Origin: Candidatus Falkowbacteria bacterium | GTDB lineage: Bacteria > Patescibacteriota > Patescibacteriia > Patescibacteriales > UBA12465 | DNA length: 64,000 bases | Reading direction: 5' to 3' | Assembly: GCA_016432645.1 (NCBI GenBank) | Contig: CP066698.1 | Location: 261,062 to 325,061, forward strand | In this document: piece after piece, positions 1 through 8,492 of the stretch | Layout of the letters: each line of letters opens with the position of its first letter | Numbering within the stretch: the stretch's first letter is position 1 | Notes under the pieces: generated by a model | Database searches by the model: none | Seen by the model: the letters and a program-made list of their open reading frames with translations, nothing else | Told to the model about the DNA's origin: nothing | Made by a program: the position numbers and the translations under genes

Positions 1-1
1 T

Positions 2-445
2 TTGGAGTCAGGAGCCAATTTCTTTCCTCTCTCCGGCTGGCTTAAGAAAATTAAGGGCTTGGATTTGAATACTATTTTTAATTCTAAAACCGTATTTAAC
101 ATCCATCCCGGACTACTCCCAACTTTTGGCGGCTTTGGCATGTATGGCCATCATGTTCATGAAGCAGTATTTACCGCTTACCAAGCCGGAAAATTAAGCT
201 GTTCAGGGATAACTATGCACTTTGTCGATGAAGAATTCGACCACGGCCCAACATTTTTTCAGCTGAAAATATTTTTGAGCGGAATTAAAAACCCAGAACA
301 ACTGGGCAGTCTGGTTAATTCCTATGAGCATCGCTACCAAGCAAATATCACCGACTTGGTGGTAAACGGCCAAATCTCCTGGGATGGCAAAAATCCCAAC
401 TCGCTAATAGTCCCGGCCGATTATCAAATATCGCAATGGGCCTAA
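2..445 (+). CDS. Formyltransferase-family protein, PurN-like (phosphoribosylglycinamide formyltransferase-like); 5' end cut by window edge
   Basis: ORF is open to the window start. Motifs NIHPGLLP and HFVDEEFDHGP match the formyl-transferase catalytic core (NIHPSLLP / HxV..E.D.GP of PurN/Fmt). Stop TAA at 443-445. Confidence 0.6.
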   Translation: MESGANFFPLSGWLKKIKGLDLNTIFNSKTVFNIHPGLLPTFGGFGMYGHHVHEAVFTAYQAGKLSCSGITMHFVDEEFDHGPTFFQLKIFLSGIKNPEQLGSLVNSYEHRYQANITDLVVNGQISWDGKNPNSLIVPADYQISQWA

Positions 446-467
446 ATAAAAAAACATTTCAAAACAC

Positions 468-495
468 AAAAAGGAGCTCCAAACAAGCTCCTTTT
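468..495. terminator. Bidirectional intrinsic terminator between convergent purN-like and pilin genes
   Basis: aaaaggagct / agctcctttt stem with a 7-nt loop, flanked by an A-run and a T-run. Confidence 0.6.
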
Positions 496-515
496 AAAAT
501 ACAATCTAAATTTAT

Positions 516-1007
516 TTAACTAGGCGAGGCCATATGGCTACCAGACCCAACGTCACCAGTAAAAATTCCCGCCGGAGTCATATTCATCATCATATTCCCG
601 GTAACACTGGCGATATTGGCGCCGAGACAGAAATTGATAGTGTATGACGGACTAGAGGCGCTGGAACCAAAACGGGTATAAGTATAAACCGCTTGGGTTG
701 TCGGGCAGCTAGAGCCGTCAATTGGCGATGGCGGCACCGGCACTGATGATAAAAAGGTGTAGCCGTCATAAGTAATTGACTGATTGGGAATGATAGACGC
801 CGGATAATTACCGCTCTCGTTGTAATATATTTCTAAAGCCTTAGATATCTGTTTAACATCAGAAATTCTTCTAGCATCTCGAGCGCGCGCTCTTGCCTGA
901 TTAAGCGCTAAAATAGATAAGGTTGATAACAAGCCAATAATCGCAATAACCACTAGCAGTTCAATTAAAGTAAAACCATCTTTATCACTATTATTAATTT
1001 CGGCCAT
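516..1007 (-). CDS. Type IV pilin / type II secretion pseudopilin-like protein (prepilin N-terminal methylation motif)
   Basis: N-terminus ...DKDGFTLIELLVVIAIIGLLSTL is the canonical G|FTLIEL prepilin cleavage/methylation site plus a hydrophobic helix. Confidence 0.85.
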   Translation of the reverse strand: MAEINNSDKDGFTLIELLVVIAIIGLLSTLSILALNQARARARDARRISDVKQISKALEIYYNESGNYPASIIPNQSITYDGYTFLSSVPVPPSPIDGSSCPTTQAVYTYTRFGSSASSPSYTINFCLGANIASVTGNMMMNMTPAGIFTGDVGSGSHMASPS

Positions 1008-1011
1008 AATT

Positions 1012-1395
1012 TTATTTGACCTTTAACTCCTTCTTAATCTCCTGGATTATCTGGGATAAATCCCAATCGCTTTTAACAAAATACCGGAAAGCATAATTTT
1101 TTAAAGCCAAAGAAATATTTTCTTTGTCATTAAGATTAGTTAGCATCATCACGGTTAAATATTGTCCCCAAGTCGTCTGGCGAATCTGTTCCAACATTGT
1201 CAGGCCGTCCATCTTCGGCATACTGATATCGCACAGCGTTAAATCGGGCAGATATTTCTTGGCCGCAGCTAAGCCCTCCAGGCCATCATGGGTTTCCATG
1301 ACTTCAAAGCCTTCTTCTTCTAAACCGGCGCGCAAGGCCGAGGCTAAAATGCGGTCGTCTTCGACAATTAAGATTTTTTTAGGCGTGCTAGACAT
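1012..1395 (-). CDS. Stand-alone response regulator receiver (CheY-like)
   Basis: KILIVEDD ... DLTLCDISMPKMDG ... receiver signature with the phospho-acceptor Asp. 127 aa, no output domain. Confidence 0.85.
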   Translation of the reverse strand: MSSTPKKILIVEDDRILASALRAGLEEEGFEVMETHDGLEGLAAAKKYLPDLTLCDISMPKMDGLTMLEQIRQTTWGQYLTVMMLTNLNDKENISLALKNYAFRYFVKSDWDLSQIIQEIKKELKVK

Positions 1396-1406
1396 AATTT
1401 TAGGAT

Positions 1407-3629
1407 TTATTTGGTTTTTTTCTTTGTTATTTTTGTAATTTTTTTATCTTTTTTAGCTGCTAGCAGCGGCAAGGAAAAATAGAAATGAGTTCCTTTTTGA
1501 GGAACGGATTCAAACCAGACGTCGCCGGAGTGAGCGCGAATTATTTCGCGGGCAATATACAACCCCAAACCAGTGCCTTCGCCATCCTGCAGTGAGGCAT
1601 TATTAGCTCGGAAAAACTTGGTAAATATCTTATCATGCTGTTCGGCCGGGATGCCAATTCCATGATCATGCACGCAGAAAACTAGCTGTTTTCCCTTCTC
1701 TTTCTTAAAGCTTAATTCAATTTCCGAATTATTGTGCGAATACTTGGTAGCGTTGGAAATCAAATTCTGCCAAACTTGCTTAATTTTCTCGCGATCGCCC
1801 CAAACATTCAAATCAGCCGGAATCTTATTGATAACTTTTAATTTCTTAGTACTGATTAAAAAGACATTTTCTTTAAGAACTTCCGAAATTGCCTCGCCGA
1901 TATAAAAATAATCTTTGTTAATATCAAACTTCCGCCCGGTTTCAATATGAGAAACGTCCAACAAATCGCTAACCAGTCTAATCATTTTTTGATTGCTCTC
2001 ATTCAGCTGCCGCAAAAAATTAAGCTGCTTATCGCTCAGGTTATGCTCCGGATTCTTCAAAAGTAATTCCGCGAGCCATCTAATACCGGTCAGCGGGGTG
2101 CGCAACTGATGGGAAGCAATGCCGATAAATTCATCTTTGGCCTTATCCAGCTGTTTCAAAGATTCATTCTGCTCTTTCAGCTTCTTGGTCGCTTTAACAA
2201 TCTCATTACGCAACTTGAGGTTAAAGCGGGTAACGCTTCTATATAATAAGGCATTTTCTAAGGAAATTCCAATTTCCGAAGCAATTGATTCCAAAACCCT
2301 GATATCATTGCGGTTATAGGCTTCCTCTGATTCCTTGGGGCCAAAAATTAATAAACTGCTTAATTTTTTTTGTTCTACGTTAACCGGAACCAATATCTCC
2401 GCATTAATTTTTTTCAAATAAGTCAGCACCCGCTTATCCGCCAGGGGCGGAGTGTTTCTTAAGCGGTCTAAATCTAAAGGCTTGCCGGCGATTAAAAGCT
2501 TGCGCATTGTCGCATATTGCAAATCTATTTTGCTAGATTCGAAATTAAAGCCAATATTATAAAGAATAGTCCAATAACCGGCTTTCTCTTCATAATAAAG
2601 AACGGCAATTGCCCGGCTATGAAAAGCTTGCAGTAAAATATCAATCGTTGATTCAAATATCTGTTTAATATCTAAAGAAGCGCGTAAACGGTTGTTTAAA
2701 TTGTAAATCAATTCATTAAAATCATATAAGGAGGAAAATAAATACTTATTGGAAAAACGGTAAAAGTAACCCTTGGTCCGCGGGAAAAGCGTAATGGAAA
2801 TGAAAAATAAAATCACAAAAGCCGGAGCCGAATAAAACTGATGGAAAAGATAAACATAAGAAATAATAATGTAAGAAGGCACCAATAAAGAAATGACCGA
2901 GAAAAAATAAACCAAGGAGCGCCTAATAATCAGCTTGATGTCCATCAAACCGAAATAAACAATGGCGTAAGTTATAATTAAAGAAAAAATCAGCGGCGTT
3001 GCTAAAAAGATTGGGTAGAAAGGAATAGAATAAGCCGGCAAGAAGGCGGTCCCGCCAATAATATCCAAAACCAAAAAGCCGATAATATAATAGGTGAGGC
3101 GCTTTTTTTCTAGAGCGCTCATTTCGCTCTTATATTTTTTGATTAGATTATAAAAGAATAAAGTTCCGTAGAAGGCAAAGGCGCCAAGGAAAAAATTATG
3201 CAAAAACTGAGCCTTAGTATGAGCTCCCCAGGCATAATGGAAGATGCCGCTCACGAATAAGTCGGTCTGGCTTAAAAATAAAAAAATAAAAGAGAAAGTA
3301 TAGGCAAAAGCCAAAAGATTCCGCCGCTGCCGGTCAGTATAAGTAACGGCTAAACTGAAATGATATTGCAGTGAAGGCCAAAAAACGACAGCCGCATAAA
3401 CAAAACGGTCCCAAAAAATTATCTGGCTATCATCAACACTGCTAATCATCATGAAGCTGCCAAAAATCCACAAATCCAAAATAATGGTCAACAAAAAAAA
3501 CAGCCCGTTGACCAAACGGCGGCTGTTTTTGAGAACGACAATGCTTAAACTGATAATGAAAAACAAGCTCAACAAAGAGAACATCTGAGAAAATAAACTG
3601 CTATTATATAACATAAAATAAGATAACAA
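1407..3629 (-). CDS. Multi-pass membrane sensor histidine kinase
   Basis: About 8 N-terminal TM helices, a central GAF-like region, a coiled coil, H-box SHQLRTPLTGI, and HATPase_c motifs (NLISNATKY, DHGIGIP, GTGLGL). Exact start (M1 or M6) is uncertain. Confidence 0.85.
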   Translation of the reverse strand: MLSYFMLYNSSLFSQMFSLLSLFFIISLSIVVLKNSRRLVNGLFFLLTIILDLWIFGSFMMISSVDDSQIIFWDRFVYAAVVFWPSLQYHFSLAVTYTDRQRRNLLAFAYTFSFIFLFLSQTDLFVSGIFHYAWGAHTKAQFLHNFFLGAFAFYGTLFFYNLIKKYKSEMSALEKKRLTYYIIGFLVLDIIGGTAFLPAYSIPFYPIFLATPLIFSLIITYAIVYFGLMDIKLIIRRSLVYFFSVISLLVPSYIIISYVYLFHQFYSAPAFVILFFISITLFPRTKGYFYRFSNKYLFSSLYDFNELIYNLNNRLRASLDIKQIFESTIDILLQAFHSRAIAVLYYEEKAGYWTILYNIGFNFESSKIDLQYATMRKLLIAGKPLDLDRLRNTPPLADKRVLTYLKKINAEILVPVNVEQKKLSSLLIFGPKESEEAYNRNDIRVLESIASEIGISLENALLYRSVTRFNLKLRNEIVKATKKLKEQNESLKQLDKAKDEFIGIASHQLRTPLTGIRWLAELLLKNPEHNLSDKQLNFLRQLNESNQKMIRLVSDLLDVSHIETGRKFDINKDYFYIGEAISEVLKENVFLISTKKLKVINKIPADLNVWGDREKIKQVWQNLISNATKYSHNNSEIELSFKKEKGKQLVFCVHDHGIGIPAEQHDKIFTKFFRANNASLQDGEGTGLGLYIAREIIRAHSGDVWFESVPQKGTHFYFSLPLLAAKKDKKITKITKKKTK

Positions 3630-3651
3630 AGCTTGTATTTTTCTATGAGCT

Positions 3652-3660
3652 ATTATATCA
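3652..3660 (-). promoter_or_regulatory. Extended -10 promoter element (TGATATAAT) for the kinase / regulator / pilin operon
   Basis: Minus strand reads TGATATAAT about 25 nt upstream of the kinase ATG, just after a T-rich terminator region. Confidence 0.4.
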
Positions 3661-3719
3661 CAAAAAAATAAAAAAATAAAAAAGGAGGACGATGTTTTGC
3701 CCTCCCTTTCACACGAATT

Positions 3720-4760
3720 TCAAAACGGAATTAACTTTAGGCTTTCCGGCTGATAAAAATTTATCAGTGGCAGTGATACCTGCTCCTGCTCTAAATAGCC
3801 GCGCAACATTATTTGTGCTTCAGGATTGATTTCAAAAAAATTAAAATCTTGAAGATTTTCTCCAGCTACTTGCGCCTTGCTTAAAATAACAGCTTCGGTA
3901 AAACAACCATACCAGAATCCCACCCGCGGAAAACTCAAAATAGCTGGTGGAAATTGATAGCTGAGATCTTCCAGAAAAAAATCGCCGACGTCCCAACGCG
4001 AAGCGCCATCAGGTAATGCATCATAAACTGCCCGGCTGATTCCCGGGGGGACGGCAACATCCAAGATAACCGAGTCAGCGGCAAAATATGAAGCGAAGTC
4101 CTCCGGCTCCAAATGGTTCTTATGGGAACAGCTAAAAAATAATTTAATATTGCTCGGCATAAATTGCCAAGAATTTATCAAATTTATCTTTTTAGAAAAT
4201 TCTGGAGGCAAAGAATGCTCGCTAATCATCGTTATCCGGCGGCAATTTTTAGCCAGCAGGAATTCGGCAGTCTGCATTCCTAAAAAACCAGCGCCCATAA
4301 CGACCAGCTCATCATTTTCTTTGTCCAATATCCCGTTACCCAAAAAATAATCAATCATCATGAGATAGGAGACATTGGTAAGATTATCGCCGATAGAAAA
4401 AGTGATATCGGGATAGAGTTCTCTGACTTCCTGCCCGGTTCTTCCCGGAAGCCTTTTAGTGGAGGCGGTGAAACAAATAACTTTAGCTCCCTGAGAAGCT
4501 AAATAGGCGACTGCTCTAAGCATCGCCTGGCGCCCTTTAATCATTCCTGATTTTTCCAGGATTTCATTAGGCTGGATATCCAGAGGAATAATCTCTCCCC
4601 GAAAATCCTGATAGGAAAACTTAAGCGGACCGAAAACTCCATCCTGCGGTTCTCCTAGTTCGGCAATTAACTCCAAGCGATTGCTTGGTGAAGTGCTATT
4701 GGCGATTATGCCAATTAAAGGCTTGATGCCCGGTTCTTGGTGATTTTTTGGTTTTTCCAT
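3720..4760 (-). CDS. COG5322-like Rossmann-fold dehydrogenase (predicted amino-acid/shikimate-type dehydrogenase, related to acyl-ACP reductases)
   Basis: Its blocks run colinear with my recollection of the AAR/COG5322 family: LIGIIAN.., ..CFTASTK.., SIGDNLTNV, dinucleotide fold VVMGAGFLGMQTA, LDVAVPPG, GCFTEAVIL. Start moved to MEKPKNH (4760) because a terminator and promoter lie inside the longer ORF call. Confidence 0.5.
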   Translation of the reverse strand: MEKPKNHQEPGIKPLIGIIANSTSPSNRLELIAELGEPQDGVFGPLKFSYQDFRGEIIPLDIQPNEILEKSGMIKGRQAMLRAVAYLASQGAKVICFTASTKRLPGRTGQEVRELYPDITFSIGDNLTNVSYLMMIDYFLGNGILDKENDELVVMGAGFLGMQTAEFLLAKNCRRITMISEHSLPPEFSKKINLINSWQFMPSNIKLFFSCSHKNHLEPEDFASYFAADSVILDVAVPPGISRAVYDALPDGASRWDVGDFFLEDLSYQFPPAILSFPRVGFWYGCFTEAVILSKAQVAGENLQDFNFFEINPEAQIMLRGYLEQEQVSLPLINFYQPESLKLIPF

Positions 4761-4814
4761 TACTAATAATTGTTTGTTTGTGTGTGTATTTATTTTTCTT
4801 AAATTGTTAAAGTA

Positions 4815-4846
4815 ACACAAAAAACATACCAATTTGGTATGTTTTT
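4815..4846 (-). terminator. Intrinsic terminator after the YceI-like gene
   Basis: Minus strand: AAAACATACCA-AAT-TGGTATGTTTT followed by TTTTTTG. Confidence 0.65.
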
Positions 4847-4851
4847 GTCAA
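4823..4851 (-). promoter_or_regulatory. Sigma70-type promoter TTGACA-N17-(TGG)TATGTT overlapping the terminator
   Basis: Consensus -35 at 4846-4851, 17-nt spacer, TG-extended -10 at 4823-4828. It would drive the COG5322-like gene. Confidence 0.5.
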
Positions 4852-4875
4852 GTATTAGTTAAGAATACAAAAGTA

Positions 4876-5631
4876 TTATTTAGCGCTTAAGTTAAGTTCT
4901 AACTTAACTACCTCATCCACATTAGCTAAAAATGGTAAATCAGGAATTTCCAGGCCAAAATTAGCATAGCTTAAATCAGTGCTAGCAGAACCGGCAAGAC
5001 TGCCATCGCTCTTCCAGGTAACGCTGCCATCAAAAGTAGTTGGCTTAGTAACCCCCGAAATAGTTAAGTCGCCGGTAATTTTTACCGGGAATGCTTTATC
5101 AACTGTTAGAGTTTCCGGAACGCCCGTGATGTTGGTTGTATGGAAAACAATAAATTGATTTTCCGGCTTATCAGATTTTAAAACCATACTGATAACATTT
5201 TTGTCACGCAGCTGTTTATCCGTGGTGAAGCTGGTGGCATCAAGCTTAATATCGCCAATCGTTATTGCCGCCGGCTGGGAAACAGCATCAACCGCTATTT
5301 GACCGTTTAATTGATGGCTAGTACCAACCACAAAAGTCGGTACGCCGCTTAAAAGCTCATTAAGGCTATATTTAGCTTCTGAATCCTCAGAGACGATATT
5401 TAAAATTTTGGCGTTAGCGCTTACGCCGGACAAGTTGCTATCAATCGGCGGATTAGCACTATTTTCCGGAGTAACCGCCGCCACTAATTCATCGGTGGTT
5501 TTAATTTCCGCCTGCTCTTCCCCTGCTTGTGAATTATAATTTATATTGTCTTTGTCAGCAGAGCCTAAAGTACAACCGCCGACAAATACCGTGGCGACCA
5601 AAACCGCCAAAAAACCGATTTGTTTTCTCAT
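4876..5631 (-). CDS. YceI-like lipoprotein
   Basis: Lipobox LAVLVATVFVGGC, a low-complexity linker, then a beta-rich domain resembling the YceI-like polyisoprenoid-binding fold. Confidence 0.6.
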   Translation of the reverse strand: MRKQIGFLAVLVATVFVGGCTLGSADKDNINYNSQAGEEQAEIKTTDELVAAVTPENSANPPIDSNLSGVSANAKILNIVSEDSEAKYSLNELLSGVPTFVVGTSHQLNGQIAVDAVSQPAAITIGDIKLDATSFTTDKQLRDKNVISMVLKSDKPENQFIVFHTTNITGVPETLTVDKAFPVKITGDLTISGVTKPTTFDGSVTWKSDGSLAGSASTDLSYANFGLEIPDLPFLANVDEVVKLELNLSAK

Positions 5632-5725
5632 ATTTTTAAACTATAAGTGAGTTAATTATAGTTATATAATAATTCATCTATTTTATTTTGTAAAGTCCTT
5701 TATTAGCCGCGGCCGCCTAGCGTAA

Positions 5726-6652
5726 TTAACGATTAACAAAAAGTTCGGTTAAAACAAAAATTATATAGAAAACGAATAACAGCGCCGACTCTGTCTTATT
5801 CAATCTTCTGTCCGACTTCATAAAATAAAATAAGAAGAAGGCCGCTAAAATCATAAAGGAGCCGGTAACATATACAATCCTGGAATTAAAAGAAAAAGGG
5901 CTGATTAACGCCATGATGCCGACAATAACTGTAGCATCAGCGACTACCGTCCCTAAAATATCCCCTAAAGCTAAGTCGTCGTGATGATGCCTAGCAGCTT
6001 TAATAGAAAAAAATAACTCTGGCAAAGTCGTTCCCAGCCCCACGATTAACATCCCGATTAAAGCGGAGTTAATTTTTAGGCTATGGGCCAAGTCAATGCC
6101 ATATTTTACCGTGAAATGAGCTCCCAATAAAATCCCGCCCATGCTGAGCGCTAAAAATAATAAATTTTTTATCTGAAATTTTTGCCGGTCAACTTTAACG
6201 GCATAAACATTATTTTTTAAAATCAAATAATAAAACAATGCCCCAGTGATAATTAAAAGCAGGCCGTCTATTCTGGAATAATATCCGTTTAAACCGAGGA
6301 GCAACGGCACAATTAAAGCGCCGAAATGCAAAAAGCGATTTTTAATAAGCTTGCTCTCTATTTTTAAATTTCTGCCTGATAAAAAAACCACCAAACCAAA
6401 GACTAAAGTTAAGTCCGCGATATTGGAACCGAATAAAGTTCCCAAACCAAAAGCCGGGAGTTTTTCCAGGGCTGAAGTGATAGCAATAAACATTTCCGGC
6501 AAAACAGAAATCAGCGCCACCACCACAAAACCAATAATGTATTTAGGTAAACTAAGACTCTCCGCCAAACTGGCGGAATAGCGAATAGAAAAATCAGCGG
6601 ATTTAATCACTAGCAATAGAGATAGTAATAATAAAATAATGATTAATAGCAT
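5726..6652 (-). CDS. Na+/Ca2+ exchanger family membrane protein (CaCA, YrbG-like)
   Basis: Two alpha-repeat motifs (GFVVVALISVLPEMF and GLGTTLPELFFSI..GDILGTVVADATV). Start set at MLLIIILLLL, the typical family N-terminus. Confidence 0.8.
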   Translation of the reverse strand: MLLIIILLLLSLLLVIKSADFSIRYSASLAESLSLPKYIIGFVVVALISVLPEMFIAITSALEKLPAFGLGTLFGSNIADLTLVFGLVVFLSGRNLKIESKLIKNRFLHFGALIVPLLLGLNGYYSRIDGLLLIITGALFYYLILKNNVYAVKVDRQKFQIKNLLFLALSMGGILLGAHFTVKYGIDLAHSLKINSALIGMLIVGLGTTLPELFFSIKAARHHHDDLALGDILGTVVADATVIVGIMALISPFSFNSRIVYVTGSFMILAAFFLFYFMKSDRRLNKTESALLFVFYIIFVLTELFVNR

Positions 6653-6706
6653 ATCTAAGTTTATATAATAAAAATAGCACGAAGGGGTGCTATTCGGCAA
6701 TCACGC

Positions 6707-7672
6707 CTACTTTAAAATGGCGTTAAATAAATAACCAGTAAACATAATTCCCAGCCCCACGATAGAAGCAAAAATAATTATTAATTTTACTTTCATTACC
6801 TTCTGTAAAATCATAAACTCCGGCAAAGACAAGGCAGTTACCGCCATCATAAAGGCCAAAGTTGTGCCCATCGCTACTCCCTTCTCGGTTAAAGCGCTGA
6901 CTAATGGAATTACGCCGGCAGTATTGGAATATAGAGGAATTCCAACTAATGTCGCCAGCGGAACCGCATACCATTTATCCGCCCCAGCATAGTTCGTTAA
7001 AAAATCGGCAGGCACATAACCATGAATCCAGGCGCCAATACCCACGCCAATTAAAATATACAACCAAACTTTTCTGACAATATTAAAAGCGTAAGTGCGC
7101 GCGTAAATAATTCTTTCTCTAAGATTTTTTTTGACAACCGGCGCGGTGTTATTTATTTGATTATGTTGCCGCACAAAATCAGCAACTAAATGCTCAACTT
7201 TTAAACGGCCGATAATCAGTCCGGAAATAATCGCAATCAGCAAACCACTAATAATATAAATTAAAGCGATCTTCCAACCAAAAAGACCGATTAATAAAAC
7301 TAGGGCGACCTCATTAATCATCGGCGAAGCAACCAGAAAAGAAAAAGTCACTCCCAATGGTATGCCGGCTTCAACAAATCCTAAAAACAAAGGCACGGCC
7401 GAACAAGAGCAGAAAGGCGTAATGATTCCTAAAAGTGAAGCTAAAATATGGCCGGTTAATTTATTTTTCTTGGCAATAAACAAACGAACTTTTTGCGGCG
7501 GCAAATAAGTCCGGATAAAAGATACCACAAAAATAATTACCAAAAGGAGGATAATTATTTTAATAGTGTCAAAAATAAAAAAATTAACCGTATGAGCAAG
7601 CTCTGATTGAGGCGTAATGCTAAAGAGCGAATAAGTTAACCAATCGGCCAATAATTGTATGGGATAGAACAT
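6707..7672 (-). CDS. COG0701 / DUF318 family permease (ArsP-like)
   Basis: Family-typical motif TPFCSCSAVPLFLGFVEAGIPLGVTFSFLVASPMINE and about 8 TM helices. Confidence 0.8.
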   Translation of the reverse strand: MFYPIQLLADWLTYSLFSITPQSELAHTVNFFIFDTIKIIILLLVIIFVVSFIRTYLPPQKVRLFIAKKNKLTGHILASLLGIITPFCSCSAVPLFLGFVEAGIPLGVTFSFLVASPMINEVALVLLIGLFGWKIALIYIISGLLIAIISGLIIGRLKVEHLVADFVRQHNQINNTAPVVKKNLRERIIYARTYAFNIVRKVWLYILIGVGIGAWIHGYVPADFLTNYAGADKWYAVPLATLVGIPLYSNTAGVIPLVSALTEKGVAMGTTLAFMMAVTALSLPEFMILQKVMKVKLIIIFASIVGLGIMFTGYLFNAILK

Positions 7673-7695
7673 AAATTAATATTTTTATTTAGCAT

Positions 7696-7726
7696 ACAAC
7701 AAAAATACCACTAGAGCGGTATTTTG
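7696..7726 (-). terminator. Terminator/attenuator-like hairpin 25-50 nt upstream of the permease start codon
   Basis: Minus strand: AAAATACC-GCTCTAGT-GGTATTTT followed by TGTTG. Confidence 0.45.
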
Positions 7727-7800
7727 TCTATTTAGTTGCTTCCTTTATCCAAATTTGCAATATGCATTTTTTGCACGTTGTTTTTTTTCATCAGTTTAAC

Positions 7801-7838
7801 AAATAAAAAAGACTAACTTAATTTTAGCTAGTCTTTTT
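7801..7838. terminator. Intrinsic terminator (10-bp stem)
   Basis: AAAAAGACTA / TAGTCTTTTT with a 13-nt loop. T-run on the minus strand (TTTTTTATTT). Confidence 0.6.
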
Positions 7839-7878
7839 AAAAAGAAAATTTCTTCTGTAATGTCAAATAGACATACAA
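7804..7878 (-). ncRNA. Candidate ~75-nt small RNA, or first segment of an attenuated permease leader
   Basis: Bounded by the TTGACA-N17-(TGC)CATTAT promoter (7885-7913) and the terminator at 7801-7838. No ORF, and no family recognised. Confidence 0.3.
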
Positions 7879-7884
7879 AAACAA

Positions 7885-7913
7885 ATAATGGCAAATAAAT
7901 ATACTTTTGTCAA
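7885..7913 (-). promoter_or_regulatory. Sigma70-type promoter TTGACA-N17-(TGC)CATTAT
   Basis: Consensus -35 at 7908-7913, exact 17-nt spacer, TG-extended -10 at 7885-7890. Confidence 0.5.
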
Positions 7914-7922
7914 TAATATAAC

Positions 7923-7952
7923 AAAAAATAGACTAATATTAGTCTATTTTTT
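7923..7952. terminator. Terminator immediately 3' of tRNA-Gln
   Basis: Near-perfect palindrome aaaaaatagactaat|attagtctatttttt. Confidence 0.7.
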
Positions 7953-7958
7953 GTATTG

Positions 7959-8029
7959 CTCGGGGATAGGGATTCGAACCCCAATAGCCAGGACCAGAAC
8001 CTGGAGTCCTACCGTTAGACGATCCCCGA
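7959..8029 (-). tRNA. tRNA-Gln (anticodon CUG)
   Basis: Hand-folded 71-nt cloverleaf. Acceptor UCGGGGA/UCCCCGA with U1:A72, D stem GUCU/GGAC, anticodon stem CCAGG/CCUGG, loop UUCUGGU, T arm UGGGG-UUCGAAU-CCCUA. CCA is not encoded. Confidence 0.9.
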
Positions 8030-8035
8030 ATATAT

Positions 8036-8491
8036 TTATTTAATCTCCTTCAACTTCTTAATAACCTTCTCCCAAGTGGCGATTTCCCCTTTTTCGATCT
8101 GAAATAAGGAATGGACTTCCAAATCAAGCTTAGCTTTTAACTCTAGAAATCTTTTTTTATCTCGCCGTTCCAGCTTTTTCAATAAATGCTCAAATTCATA
8201 CCAAATCTGGCCCGTGCTTACTTTAATCTTTTCTAAATTTTTTTTCAAGGGTCCGATTTTTGCCTTTTCAAATTTATAGCCCCGCTTAATCGCCTCTTCG
8301 TAGACACCATGCAAATAAAGATTAAGGTAATCAAGCGAATTTTTCTGCTCCTTAAATCGTTCCAGTTGCGGATGATTTCGATAACCCTTAGTCTTCCCCT
8401 CCAGGACGTGTTTAGCTAAAAGGCCTTCCCGCCAAACAGCTAGAAGCCCTTGCCTGTCTAAATATTTTGGCGACAAACTCCAAAGGCGCAT
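8036..8491 (-). CDS. Pyrimidine-dimer DNA glycosylase family protein (DenV/EndoV-like, Pyr_excise)
   Basis: MRLWSLSPKYLDRQGLLAVWREGLLA...GYRNHPQL is the typical N-terminus of this family. Start placed at MRLWS (8491), one nt after the lysS stop; the 8509 alternative would overlap lysS. Confidence 0.7.
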   Translation of the reverse strand: MRLWSLSPKYLDRQGLLAVWREGLLAKHVLEGKTKGYRNHPQLERFKEQKNSLDYLNLYLHGVYEEAIKRGYKFEKAKIGPLKKNLEKIKVSTGQIWYEFEHLLKKLERRDKKRFLELKAKLDLEVHSLFQIEKGEIATWEKVIKKLKEIK

Positions 8492-8492
8492 T

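Noticed and set aside
1124-1438. Many 60-140-aa ORFs antisense to long genes. Examples: 1124-1438, 2119-2319, 8467-8781, 10115-10411, 14431-14751, 16214-16539, 18197-18559, 23240-23572, 33822-34202, 38170-38601, 45873-46244.
   Set aside because: Each is fully nested in a well-supported gene on the other strand and has a low-complexity or biased composition, with no start context. These are typical shadow ORFs.
3720-4832. Longer N-terminal extensions offered by the ORF track. Examples: 3720-4832, 5726-6700, 18202-18870, 21940-23562, 32353-33534, 33476-34912, 47359-48180, 56520-57173.
   Set aside because: The extensions are hydrophobic or odd peptides that overlap terminators, promoters or the preceding gene. 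Internal Met codons reproduce the canonical family N-termini, so shorter starts were used.
5695-5720. GC-rich palindrome (gccgcggccgc, containing a GCGGCCGC site) in an AT-rich spacer.
   Set aside because: It could be a weak terminator stem for the exchanger gene, but it has no U-run and is not repeated elsewhere in the window. There is too little evidence to call a feature.
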